Origin: Pseudomonadota bacterium
GTDB taxonomy: Bacteria > Pseudomonadota > Gammaproteobacteria > Enterobacterales > JBCCZV01
Direction: 5' to 3'
Assembly (NCBI GenBank): GCA_039187085.1
Contig: JBCCZV010000001.1
Location: 13,442-77,441 of the forward strand
Length of the DNA stretch: 64,000 nt
Below are positions 21,031-30,866 of this stretch, piece by piece. Under the pieces are notes generated by a model that was not told where the DNA came from, did no database searches, and was given only the letters and a program-made list of their open reading frames with translations. Both the position numbers and the translations under genes were made by a program. The stretch's first letter is position 1. The number at the start of each line of letters is the position of its first letter.

Positions 21031-21170
21031 CTCGCTCATCTTTCGGTGACGGACATAGCCGTTCCGTAGGATTTGGCACCGTTTCACGACAAGTCTGCAT
21101 CTAGGTGATGTCTTATCATGCGGTTGCCCCGGCTTCAAAGGGCCTATCCCTCCACCGGTCTTGATGAACA
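21031..21170 (-). promoter_or_regulatory. SAM-I (S-box) riboswitch aptamer in the metX-metB leader
   Basis: The minus strand reads TTCATCAAGACCGGTGGAGGGATAGGCCCTTTGAAGCCGGGGCAACC...GGTGCCAAATCCTACGGA...TCCGTCACCGAAAGATGAG. It matches the S-box core (P1 UUCAUC/GAUGAG, GGUGGAGGGA kink-turn, GCAACC, GGUGCCAAAUCC, GAAAGAUGA). Confidence 0.85.
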
Positions 21171-21216
21171 AACACGATATCATTGGAACAATAATCTCCA
21201 TCGTGCTTTGCAATAT

Positions 21217-21245
21217 AAATTAGATTAATCCTCTACAAATGTCAA
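21217..21245 (-). promoter_or_regulatory. Candidate sigma70 promoter for the riboswitch-metX-metB transcript
   Basis: The minus strand reads TTGACA-N17-TAATTT about 45 nt upstream of the aptamer. Confidence 0.45.
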
Positions 21246-21380
21246 CAGGTTCATTCACTGTTAGATTAAACCGTTATTATCCTTAAAAATTATCTCATTA
21301 TTATTCAAGCTTAGAGGTTATGTACCTTAAATATGTTATAATTCAAACAATTATTATGATGATGAGCTGTATAAAGACTG

Positions 21381-21935
21381 ATGAAACCTTTAAATTTTAC
21401 ATTACCCACTTGGTTGGAAGACTTCAAAAAAAACCAAACCAATGGTTTTTTAAGTGATGAAACGCAAATTAGTTTAGCCATAGAGTTAGCAAGATTAAAT
21501 GTTCAACATTCCACGGGAGGTCCTTTCGGCGCAGCTATTTTTGACGATAACGGACAACTAATATCTACAGGCGTTAATATTGTTGAAAGTGCTTGTTGTT
21601 CGATTCTTCATGCCGAGATGGTGGCTATTGCATTGGCTCAACAACAACTCAAAACTTTTTCACTAGGTTCGACAGGTACTCTTTATACTATTGCTACAAG
21701 CGCCGAACCCTGTGCTATGTGTTACGGCGCAATCCCTTGGAGCGGGATTTCTAAAGTTATATTTGCTGCCAATAGTAGTGATGTCGAATCTATTGGCTTT
21801 GACGAAGGAGATAAACCCAAAGAATGGATAAGTTGTTATAAAAAAAGAGGAATTCATGTCGTTCCGGAGTTACAGCGGGAAGCAGGCAAACGCCCTCTTC
21901 TCGATTACTTAAAATCCAAAGGCACGATTTACTAA
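21381..21935 (+). CDS. CMP/dCMP-type zinc deaminase family protein (nucleoside/guanine deaminase-like)
   Basis: 184 aa with the zinc-binding motifs HAEMVAI and PCAMCYGAI. Confidence 0.85.
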   Translation: MKPLNFTLPTWLEDFKKNQTNGFLSDETQISLAIELARLNVQHSTGGPFGAAIFDDNGQLISTGVNIVESACCSILHAEMVAIALAQQQLKTFSLGSTGTLYTIATSAEPCAMCYGAIPWSGISKVIFAANSSDVESIGFDEGDKPKEWISCYKKRGIHVVPELQREAGKRPLLDYLKSKGTIY

Positions 21936-22203
21936 AGTTTACTCTAAAACTGATGTGAGAAACCTTTAGCCAAAAACAACCCACTTCTTGAATATTTTTT
22001 AGCCTTTAAAAGCGAAATGTGAGCTGATTTTAGAAGCTGTTAAAATTTGTTTATAAAATAGAGTTCATGTAATGAATTTAAAAGTTCAAGCAATTTCAAA
22101 GATTTAAATACTGAAAAATTTATTGTCTTTTTGAACATAGTTCGTTACCTTTGCTGCATGCAGAAAGTTTAGAGGTTACTTTTGAGATCTTGAGGATTGA
22201 ACT

Positions 22204-23367
22204 TTGAGTTGGGTCACTTTACCTACGTACATTCGAACTTATGTAGGAAAATCAGTCGTTAGGCCTAGCCAAAAATCTTTTCTGGGCTGTTTTATGCTTC
22301 TCCTAGGTTGTTTGTGTCTGGGATGCAGTATCGCACCATTTAAAAAACCGTTAGAACCGCAGCATCGCCAGCAAATCACTTCAACGCGTGTTGTTTCTCA
22401 CATCGATCAACAAGGCCTTTATGCCCAGTTTCACTCACAATATACGCATCTCGCTGGTGGTATTTTATTTGGCTTTGTTGGAGTAATGGCAACCACTATC
22501 ATCACAACAGCCATCGATTATTCTGTGAGTAAACAAAACAAGCGCGAAGCATTAATTGGTGTTAAACCCATTATCGCTGCTCTCGATGGATATAACCTTG
22601 ATGTCTTAGTTCATTCCACTTATCGTCAACACCTTCCCAGTGTCGACGGCTTGCGTTTTCGTGCTTACGAGAATTATAAAAATGGCGATGCTATACTCAG
22701 TGAAAATATAAAATATCAAATCATTAATAATAGCCCTGAAGACAGTGTTTTATTTTTACGCACAAATTACTCATTAACTCCAAACTTCCGCGCTATCAAT
22801 GTGACAACGATCGCCGAACTTTATCATAGAGAAGCTTTTGATCGGGTGAATGGTCAAAAACTTTTTAACCCTGTTTATATCAACAAATACATTTACCAAT
22901 CTGGTCAAATGACCGACCCAAGTATCGCAGAGTCACAGGCTTACGACTTAATCGAAAGTGTCGAACAGAAGTATGCGCAACTGGCTATCAATCACCCGAA
23001 CCCATCAAGCTTAATGAATGAAAAAGAAGATAAGCAGGAAAAAATTTGGCGATTAACACAACTCACTTCCTTAGAAAAAAAAGCCGTACATGCTCGTATA
23101 TGGTCGCAAAATAATGGGGCTTTAATTAAGACTTATCTCAATGAGGGGGTTAAAGAAATTACCCGTTTAATCAAATATGATTTATATGATACCATTGATT
23201 ACTCTCAAGTAACGCCACAAACTCATGATATTATTATTAATGAAAATCAAAATCGTATTATTAAACGTCAGATGCAAGGAACAGATATTGGTGTACTTAT
23301 ATCACTAGCAAAAGAAGAAGAAATAGATGTAGGAGGTATGATTTTATCGCCAATGCTTCTGCCTTAA
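22204..23367 (+). CDS. Hypothetical lipoprotein/membrane protein
   Basis: 387 aa. Lipobox-like LCLG|C near the N-terminus and one further hydrophobic helix (GGILFGFVGVMATTIITTAI). TTG start. No family recognised. Confidence 0.55.
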   Translation: MSWVTLPTYIRTYVGKSVVRPSQKSFLGCFMLLLGCLCLGCSIAPFKKPLEPQHRQQITSTRVVSHIDQQGLYAQFHSQYTHLAGGILFGFVGVMATTIITTAIDYSVSKQNKREALIGVKPIIAALDGYNLDVLVHSTYRQHLPSVDGLRFRAYENYKNGDAILSENIKYQIINNSPEDSVLFLRTNYSLTPNFRAINVTTIAELYHREAFDRVNGQKLFNPVYINKYIYQSGQMTDPSIAESQAYDLIESVEQKYAQLAINHPNPSSLMNEKEDKQEKIWRLTQLTSLEKKAVHARIWSQNNGALIKTYLNEGVKEITRLIKYDLYDTIDYSQVTPQTHDIIINENQNRIIKRQMQGTDIGVLISLAKEEEIDVGGMILSPMLLP

Positions 23368-23399
23368 CAATAATAATTGTCATGAAAGGGTTATCTCAA

Positions 23400-25034
23400 T
23401 TATTTAGCTGTGTCATCAAACCCATTCACGTATTTATGACGTAACAAATGTGTAAACTCGTGCGCAGGCAAGGGACGGCTATAGAAATAACCTTGGACTG
23501 TATCACACCCATGCTGCTTTAAAAATTCTACATGAACCTGTGTTTCTGCACCTTCTGCCACAACTTCTAAATTCAGTCCTCGCGATAACCCAATAATTGC
23601 CCTTGCAACCTCAGCAGTATTATCGTTAAGTTCTAAGCCATGAATAAATGCACGATCAATTTTAAGTGTAGTGATGGGAAAACGGGTAAGGTAACTTAGG
23701 CTAGAATAACCGGTTCCAAAATCATCAATCGATAAATGACAACCCAATAAGCGTAATTCAGCGAAGATATCGACAGTTTTATCGATATCTTTAACTAACA
23801 TACTTTCAGTGATTTCCAATTCTAAAAATTCGGCTTTCATTCCTGATTCATGCAATACATCATTAACATCTCGAACAAATTTCTCATTGAGCAGTTGCCG
23901 ACTAGAAACATTGACCGAAACTCGAATGTATGGCAACCCCATCTTTTGCCATGTCATATTCTGTCGACAAGCCTCACGTAAAACCCACAAACCAATAGGA
24001 ACAATTAAACCTGTATCTTCTGCAATAGGGATGAAGTCAGACGGTGCTACATCACCTAGTTCATCATCATGCCATCGAATCAAGCCTTCAGCACCGACAA
24101 TAGCCCCCGTTGAAGAATCTACTTTGGGCTGATAATACAAAATAAATTTTTCATCTTTTAATGCTTGGCGTAATTTTCTTTCAATATGCATACGACTTTT
24201 AGCACGGGTATTCATCTCATTGGAGAAAAACTCGTAATTACTTTGACGTGTCTCAGACGCATGTTGTGCAGCTATTCGTGCAAATCGAATTTGTTCTTGA
24301 GCATCTTGGGTGTCCATTGGAAACAAACTAATTCCAATAAAAATTTCGACCAAAAAATCATGTCCGTCGATAGAAAAATTTTCGCCTAATCGACTCAAAA
24401 TTTTATTGGCTACAATCACACCATCATCGGTATTGGTCACCTGGAATATGAGTCCAAACTCATCATTTGCTAATCGCGCGACGGTATCACTATCTCGTAC
24501 ACAATCCTGAATACGCAAACTAATCACATCAGAAATTTTATGAGCATGTTCCGTAGCAACTGCATTCAAAATCTCATTAAAACGGGCAATTCGACATATC
24601 ATCATCGCCACGGATTGATTGGCACGCTTGGCATTGATAATCGACTGTTTTAAACGATCTATGAGTAACCATTGCTCCGAAATTTGAGATAGTTTTTGGG
24701 TGTTTTTACACTCACCGAGTTGTAATAATAAATATTCTTCCCCTTTAACAGTTAAAGAGGATAAAATAAGAGGCAAGGGCTCTTGAAAGTCATGGAGTTT
24801 TAAATAACCGGAAACTGAAGACTCAGCACTTATAGATGGTGTTAAATTACACAATGCTTCATAGTTTTCATTTTCTAAACGATGAACATAAGATGTTTGA
24901 GCAAGATTGGATTGTCGAAAATATTTTTTGAACAGCAGATTTGCCAACAACACATCACATGAACGATTTATCACAGCGATAGGAAGCTGTAATTGTTCAA
25001 TAAAAGATTCTAACAATGAATGCTTTAAAGTCAT
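23400..25034 (-). CDS. Signalling protein with degenerate GGDEF and an EAL (EGL variant) c-di-GMP phosphodiesterase domain
   Basis: 544 aa. The GGDEF motif is replaced by ANDEF and the upstream DxD is lost. EAL-domain residues are present (EGLIRW, NVS, ELEITES, DDFGTGYSSL, KIDRAF, EGAET, QGY). Confidence 0.9.
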   Translation of the reverse strand: MTLKHSLLESFIEQLQLPIAVINRSCDVLLANLLFKKYFRQSNLAQTSYVHRLENENYEALCNLTPSISAESSVSGYLKLHDFQEPLPLILSSLTVKGEEYLLLQLGECKNTQKLSQISEQWLLIDRLKQSIINAKRANQSVAMMICRIARFNEILNAVATEHAHKISDVISLRIQDCVRDSDTVARLANDEFGLIFQVTNTDDGVIVANKILSRLGENFSIDGHDFLVEIFIGISLFPMDTQDAQEQIRFARIAAQHASETRQSNYEFFSNEMNTRAKSRMHIERKLRQALKDEKFILYYQPKVDSSTGAIVGAEGLIRWHDDELGDVAPSDFIPIAEDTGLIVPIGLWVLREACRQNMTWQKMGLPYIRVSVNVSSRQLLNEKFVRDVNDVLHESGMKAEFLELEITESMLVKDIDKTVDIFAELRLLGCHLSIDDFGTGYSSLSYLTRFPITTLKIDRAFIHGLELNDNTAEVARAIIGLSRGLNLEVVAEGAETQVHVEFLKQHGCDTVQGYFYSRPLPAHEFTHLLRHKYVNGFDDTAK

Positions 25035-25231
25035 TTTTCGTAGTGTAATTATTGATATCCAAGCTCAAAACGCAAGCCTCTTGGTGTCAGGTTAAGCGCT
25101 CTCCAATGACTCAGTATGCGTAAAATTTTCAAGTTTAGCGAATGTATCATCATCTTTTCGGCGATTTTTTAGCTTAATAATGATTTGAAGCACCGATTAG
25201 CTTTTCTATCAACCTCACGTAATTGAAATTA

Positions 25232-25900
25232 ATGTCATTACCTTCCATAACACCGATCAAAATTGTTGCCGAAGACTATCATTTTTTAGTGATTGATAAA
25301 CCTCATAATCGATTATCTGTGCCAGGTAACGCTGCACGTTTCGGTTTGTCTGTCTTAGAAGAACTTAAAAATCAATACCCCACAGTCTTAACTGTTCATC
25401 GCTTAGACTATGCTACCTCTGGTTTAATGGTAGTCGCATTATCTAAAAAGGCCCACCGCGAATTGAGTCAGCAATTTGCACAACGCAAAGTCATCAAAAC
25501 CTATTGGGCTTGGGTACTCGGTAAACCTCTCTCTTCACAAGGCATCATTGATGTTCCAATAGGCGCCGATTGGCTCAATAAACCGCGCCAAAAAATTGAT
25601 TTCAATGTGGGAAAAGCCTCTCAAACCTATTTTAAACTCTTGCGTGTTTGTACAACTCAGTGTCCAACTTCGCCCTACATATCCAAATTAGCTTTATCAC
25701 CCTTAACGGGCAGAACTCACCAACTCCGCGTGCACATGCAATGGTTAGGGCACGAAATTTTGGGTTGTCCTTGGTACGCAAAAGCATTAGCGTCAATCCA
25801 GGTTGAACGTCTCATGTTACAAGCGCAAAATTTACAATTTCAACATCCCATATCAGGTGATTCCATACAGTTTTCTAGTCAACTGCTTTTTGGGTGTTGA
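25232..25900 (+). CDS. rluA: RluA-family pseudouridine synthase
   Basis: HRLDYATSGLMVVA catalytic-Asp motif and GRTHQLRVH. ATG at 25232; the longest ORF starts at TTG 25223. Confidence 0.85.
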   Translation: MSLPSITPIKIVAEDYHFLVIDKPHNRLSVPGNAARFGLSVLEELKNQYPTVLTVHRLDYATSGLMVVALSKKAHRELSQQFAQRKVIKTYWAWVLGKPLSSQGIIDVPIGADWLNKPRQKIDFNVGKASQTYFKLLRVCTTQCPTSPYISKLALSPLTGRTHQLRVHMQWLGHEILGCPWYAKALASIQVERLMLQAQNLQFQHPISGDSIQFSSQLLFGC

Positions 25901-26163
25901 AAGGCTAGACTTTAAATATTGCTCAAATAATCACTATATCGACGGAGTACTCACACTTTTTTATGCATTTTTTATTGGTTAGCAAAGATTTTTATTGAAA
26001 ACAATAAAAATAATTTTATTATTTTTTCCCACAAGCTAACGACGATTGAAGCCCTTGTCTAACGGCACATTTTCTTATTAACTTTTGTTCTTTTAACAAC
26101 TTATTAACAGCTCAACCCAAGCTTACCAACTTGCATTAGCTCACAAACACAACTACCATTACC

Positions 26164-26179
26164 ACACTATATATTGGTG
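26164..26179. promoter_or_regulatory. NrdR-box-like site 1 upstream of nrdA
   Basis: ACACTATATATTGGTG matches 13 of 16 positions of the NrdR box consensus acaCwAtATaTwGtgt as I recall it. Confidence 0.5.
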
Positions 26180-26195
26180 CTGATGCTTATACAAA

Positions 26196-26211
26196 CCACA
26201 TCACCTTGTGT
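26196..26211. promoter_or_regulatory. Weaker NrdR-box-like site 2
   Basis: CCACATCACCTTGTGT keeps the outer arms (CAC...GTGT) but has a poor centre. It starts exactly 32 bp after box 1, the spacing typical of tandem NrdR boxes. Confidence 0.3.
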
Positions 26212-26502
26212 TTGTTCGACACGTTACATAAAAACATGCGTTCGATTAGATAGAGATTATTTTGTTCTTTCAAACTAAATAATCCAAATTAAATATTTAG
26301 CCGGATAATAAACAGCAATATTATTTTATGAGTCGAGAAAATCAGCTAACCAATAATAACCAAAATAAAATCACCAAAAACCTTACTTAACCGCGATCAA
26401 AACAATTTTAATGTTCTATCTTAACTGGCCTTGCGTTAGTTAATGTTCGGAGCTGATCGCATTGTACTTTTCATTATGATTTGAAGTTCAGGGCTACAAG
26501 AC

Positions 26503-29346
26503 ATGCAAACTGATGCTAGCAACGCAGAAAACTCTTCTGCTGACCATTCTATTACCCAAGCCAATGCTGGAATTAGCTCAACAGCACCCGGAAACATTCG
26601 TGTTATTCGTCGCAATGGCAGCGTCACTCCTTTTGACGCATCCAAAGTCGCCGTTGCCATGACCAAAGCTTTTCTTGCTGTTGAAGGCGGCAACGCTGCT
26701 GGTTCAAGACGTATTCATGAGACAGTCAAACAACTTTCTGATTTAATCAGCCAGGCTTTTAGCCGTAGAATGCCCAGTGGTGGCACCATTCATATCGAAG
26801 ATATACAAGATCAGGTCGAGCTCGCGCTCATGCGTAGTAGCGAGCACAAGGTTGCACGTGCTTACGTTCTTTACCGAGAAGAGCGCGCTCGAGCACGTTC
26901 AGCCAAAGAAGTCATGCTGAAAAATCTACCCGAAAGCCATATTAATGTTAAGCACCCAGATGGTAGCTTACAACCTCTCGATACAGAACGCCTGCATACA
27001 TTAGTGGTTGAAGCTTGCGAAGGCTTAACGGATGTAGACTCTGAAAGCATACTCAATGAAACGGTCAAAAATCTTTATGATGGTGTTTCTGTTGAAGACG
27101 TGAATACGGCGCTAGTCATTACATCTCGAACCTTAATAGAGAAAGAACCTAACTATAATTTCGTCACTGCACGCCTGCTTTTGGACAGTATTCGAAGTGA
27201 AGCCCTAAGTTATCTTGACGTCAGCAGCAAAGCGACACACAACCAAATGGTTCAGCTTTACCCTGAAGCTTTCCAACGCTTTATCAAGCGCGGCATCGAA
27301 CTTGAATTTCTTAACCCTGAACTCGGTAATTTTGACCTAGAAAAATTGTCTAAAGCTTTACAAGCTGAACGTGACTTACAGTTTACCTATCTTGGTTTGC
27401 AAACCTTATTCGATCGCTATTTCATTCACCATGAAGAAACACGTATCGAATTACCTCAAGTTTTTTGGATGCGTATTGCTATGGGCCTGGCATTAAACGA
27501 AGACAACCGTGAAGCCAGAGCTATCGAGTTTTACAATGTCTTATCCACTTTCGAATATATGAGTTCAACGCCAACATTATTTAATTCAGGCACATTAAAA
27601 TCCCAACTGTCCAGTTGTTATCTCACCACAGTACCTGACGATTTACACGGCATCTATGGTGCCATTCGCGACAATGCAATGCTTTCTAAATGGGCGGGAG
27701 GTCTTGGAAATGACTGGACACCTGTACGTTCATTAGGGGCTTACATTAAAGGTACTAACGGCAAGTCTCAAGGTGTGGTTCCTTTTCTAAAGGTAGCCAA
27801 TGACACGGCTGTTGCTGTCAACCAAGGTGGTAAACGTAAAGGGGCTGTGTGTGCTTATCTCGAAACTTGGCACCTTGATATTGAAGAATTTTTAGAGCTT
27901 CGTAAAAATACAGGCGATGATAGACGCCGTACTCATGACATGAATACCGCCAACTGGATCCCTGATTTGTTCGTAAAACGTGTGTGCGAAGACCAAGATT
28001 GGACACTCTTTTCACCGAATGAAACACCGGATTTACACGATTTATATGGCAAAGCTTTTGAAAAGCGCTATCACGAATATGAAGAACGAGCTGCCGCTGG
28101 TGAATTGAGAAACTTCAAAACTGTCAAAGCCAAAGACTTGTGGCGTAAAATTTTAAGCATGTTATTCGAAACTGGTCACCCATGGTTAACCTTTAAAGAT
28201 CCGTGCAATCTACGTTCTCCTCAACAACATTGTGGCGTCGTACATAGCTCCAATTTATGTACTGAAATCACATTAAACACGTCTGAAAATGAAATAGCCG
28301 TTTGTAATCTAGGCTCAGTCAACCTCGTTAAACACTTAACACCGGAAGGAGTTGATCATGCGAAATTAAAACGTACGGTGAAAACAGCTATTCGCATGTT
28401 AGATAATGTTGTTGATATTAATTATTACCCTGTACCTCAAGCAGAAAACTCTAATCTTAAGCACCGTCCGATTGGTTTAGGTATTATGGGTTTTCAAGAT
28501 GCACTATATATGCAGCATATTGCTTATAGTTCTGACGAGGCTGTCGAGTTTGCCGATAGAACCATGGAAGCCATATCCTATTTTGCCATTGAAGCTTCGA
28601 GCGAACTCGCTAAAGAGCGTGGTTCCTATTCAAGTTTTGAAGGCTCTTTGTGGAGCCAAGGTGTTTTACCTATCGACTCATTAGAGATTCTGGCAGAGCA
28701 TCGCGGTGAGAAATATATCAGTATCAATAATGAGCAAACTTTAGATTGGGATAATTTACGACAAAAAGTCATATCTGATGGCATGCGCAATTCGAATGTT
28801 ATGGCGATTGCACCAACAGCGACCATCGCCAATATTACCGGTGTGTCTCAGTCGATTGAACCGACTTACCAAAATTTATATGTTAAGTCTAACCTCTCTG
28901 GCGAATTTACTGTTGTTAATCCATTCATGGTACAAGCATTGAAAGACAACGGACTTTGGGATTCGGTCATGGTTAATGATCTTAAATATTATGATGGTAG
29001 TTTAACGCATATTGATAGAGTGCCAGCTTCTTTGAAAGAACTTTTCCAGACAGCTTTTGAAGTCGAGCCTAAATGGCTTGTTGAAGCAGCTGCCAGGCGT
29101 CAAAAGTGGATAGACCAATCACAGTCGTTGAATCTTTATATTAGTGAGCCTTCAGGACGAAAACTGGACGTACTTTACCGTATGGCTTGGTTCTTAGGTT
29201 TAAAGACGACCTATTATTTACGCTCTTTAGCTGCTACAAGTACAGAAAAGTCTACCGTTAACGACAATAAACTCAACGCGGTTGCAGCTAATACTGCTCC
29301 ACAGGTTTGTTCCATTGACGACCCTGATTGTGAAGCTTGCCAATAA
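26503..29346 (+). CDS. nrdA: Class Ia ribonucleotide reductase alpha subunit NrdA (tandem ATP-cones, Pseudomonas-like)
   Basis: 947 aa. It has two N-terminal ATP-cone-like segments, catalytic motifs (SSCYL, NLCTEI, PTATIANI) and a C-terminal CxxC-type tail (CEAC). Confidence 0.97.
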   Translation: MQTDASNAENSSADHSITQANAGISSTAPGNIRVIRRNGSVTPFDASKVAVAMTKAFLAVEGGNAAGSRRIHETVKQLSDLISQAFSRRMPSGGTIHIEDIQDQVELALMRSSEHKVARAYVLYREERARARSAKEVMLKNLPESHINVKHPDGSLQPLDTERLHTLVVEACEGLTDVDSESILNETVKNLYDGVSVEDVNTALVITSRTLIEKEPNYNFVTARLLLDSIRSEALSYLDVSSKATHNQMVQLYPEAFQRFIKRGIELEFLNPELGNFDLEKLSKALQAERDLQFTYLGLQTLFDRYFIHHEETRIELPQVFWMRIAMGLALNEDNREARAIEFYNVLSTFEYMSSTPTLFNSGTLKSQLSSCYLTTVPDDLHGIYGAIRDNAMLSKWAGGLGNDWTPVRSLGAYIKGTNGKSQGVVPFLKVANDTAVAVNQGGKRKGAVCAYLETWHLDIEEFLELRKNTGDDRRRTHDMNTANWIPDLFVKRVCEDQDWTLFSPNETPDLHDLYGKAFEKRYHEYEERAAAGELRNFKTVKAKDLWRKILSMLFETGHPWLTFKDPCNLRSPQQHCGVVHSSNLCTEITLNTSENEIAVCNLGSVNLVKHLTPEGVDHAKLKRTVKTAIRMLDNVVDINYYPVPQAENSNLKHRPIGLGIMGFQDALYMQHIAYSSDEAVEFADRTMEAISYFAIEASSELAKERGSYSSFEGSLWSQGVLPIDSLEILAEHRGEKYISINNEQTLDWDNLRQKVISDGMRNSNVMAIAPTATIANITGVSQSIEPTYQNLYVKSNLSGEFTVVNPFMVQALKDNGLWDSVMVNDLKYYDGSLTHIDRVPASLKELFQTAFEVEPKWLVEAAARRQKWIDQSQSLNLYISEPSGRKLDVLYRMAWFLGLKTTYYLRSLAATSTEKSTVNDNKLNAVAANTAPQVCSIDDPDCEACQ

Positions 29347-29383
29347 GCATTCTCGTGAAATGATTTTAACATATTTTGTAGAA

Positions 29384-29415
29384 AGCACCGTATAACATCA
29401 ATAATGTACGGTGCT
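29384..29415 (+). other. Intercistronic hairpin between nrdA and nrdB (9-bp stem AGCACCGTA/TACGGTGCT)
   Basis: Inverted repeat seen directly, with no U-tract. It may act in mRNA processing or stability rather than termination. Confidence 0.3.
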
Positions 29416-29480
29416 ACTTATCGAGCTCTTTATTCATCGAATAATGGGCCGACTCATCACTTTTTAATAGGTAGTTGAAC

Positions 29481-30770
29481 ATGTTATCCTGGGATGAATT
29501 TAACGAATCCGCAAAAAAAACTGAGAAACAGCCAGCGAATGCAGCTTCTCTTAATCCAGCACGAGATACTGAAAACCTTGCCGAAAAATCAATACTTTCG
29601 GATACCAGGGTTGCTCAAGAATCTATGATGGCTGAACCTTCCATAAAATATTCAGCAAAAATGCAGAATCACGCATCTGATTTACATCAACGGGCTGCCG
29701 TTTCCCTTGAAGAATTAGATGTAGCAGCAGGCTTGGAAGAATTAGAAATGGGAGCGGCACGTGTCAATGTTGATGACAAACAAATGATAAATTGTCGTGC
29801 CGACTTGAATCAGTTAGTGCCCTTCAAATATGACTGGGCATGGCAAAAATACTTGGATGGCTGTGCTAATCACTGGATGCCTCAAGAAATCAATATGACG
29901 AAAGATATCGAAACTTGGAAAAGCAACGATGTCTTATCCAATGACGAACGCACCATCGTGATGCGCAGCCTCGGTTATTTCTCAACAGCGGACTCTTTAG
30001 TGGCCAATAACTTGGTTTTGGCTATCTATCGTTTAATTACCAACCCTGAGTGCCGACAATATATTTTGCGACAAGCTTTTGAAGAAGCTATACATACACA
30101 TGCCTATCAATACTGTGTTGAATCTTTAGGCATGGATGAGTCTGAAGTCTTCAACATGTATCGTGAAGTTCCATCCGTGGCCCAAAAGGCCGCCTGGGGA
30201 CTTAAACATACGCAACAGATCGCAAGCCCTTCATTCAGGACAGGCACACTCGAAAATGACCAAATATTGCTCAAAAACTTAGTCGCTTTTTACGCGTGTA
30301 TTGAAGGTATTTTCTTTTATTGTGGCTTTACTCAAATTTTGTCCATGGGTAGACGCAATAAAATGACAGGTGTTGCAGAGCAGTTCCAATATATTTTACG
30401 TGATGAGTCTATGCACTTAAACTTCGGTATCGACATGATCAACCAAATCAAGTTAGAAAACCCTGAGCTGTGGACAGAAGCATTGCAAGAAGAAATTACG
30501 CAAATGATTATTGAAGCAACCGAGCTAGAAATCGCTTATGCCAGAGATACTATGCCACGTGGCGTATTAGGTATGAATGCGGCCATGATGGAAGAATATT
30601 TACAATTCATCGCCAATCGCCGTTGTGCTCAGCTTGGTTTGGCTGAGCAATATAAAGGCGTTTCGAATCCATTTCCTTGGATGAGCGAAATTATGGATTT
30701 GAAAAAAGAAAAGAACTTCTTCGAAACGCGTGTTATCGAGTATCAAACTGGTGGTGCGCTTAACTGGTAA
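29481..30770 (+). CDS. nrdB: Class Ia ribonucleotide reductase beta subunit NrdB
   Basis: MLSWDEFNE... start and the long N-terminal extension seen in Pseudomonas-type NrdB. Di-iron/tyrosyl motifs present ([18 protein letters not shown]). ATG at 29481 preferred over TTG at 29475. Confidence 0.95.
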   Translation: MLSWDEFNESAKKTEKQPANAASLNPARDTENLAEKSILSDTRVAQESMMAEPSIKYSAKMQNHASDLHQRAAVSLEELDVAAGLEELEMGAARVNVDDKQMINCRADLNQLVPFKYDWAWQKYLDGCANHWMPQEINMTKDIETWKSNDVLSNDERTIVMRSLGYFSTADSLVANNLVLAIYRLITNPECRQYILRQAFEEAIHTHAYQYCVESLGMDESEVFNMYREVPSVAQKAAWGLKHTQQIASPSFRTGTLENDQILLKNLVAFYACIEGIFFYCGFTQILSMGRRNKMTGVAEQFQYILRDESMHLNFGIDMINQIKLENPELWTEALQEEITQMIIEATELEIAYARDTMPRGVLGMNAAMMEEYLQFIANRRCAQLGLAEQYKGVSNPFPWMSEIMDLKKEKNFFETRVIEYQTGGALNW

Positions 30771-30866
30771 TAGTTGTATGTTGTTCAGGGAAGAACACAC
30801 AAAAGCGTGCGACAACCACCAATCCTTGGCAACAAAAGGACTATGTCTAGTAATAGATAAATTGGT

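Noticed and set aside
20980-21213. 77-aa minus-strand ORF (MQSTMEIIVPMISCLFIKTGGGIGPLKPGQ...) upstream of metX
   Set aside because: It coincides with the SAM-I riboswitch aptamer. The GGGIGPLKPG stretch is simply the translation of the conserved GGTGGAGGGA...GGCCC...CCGGGGC RNA core. It is not a gene.
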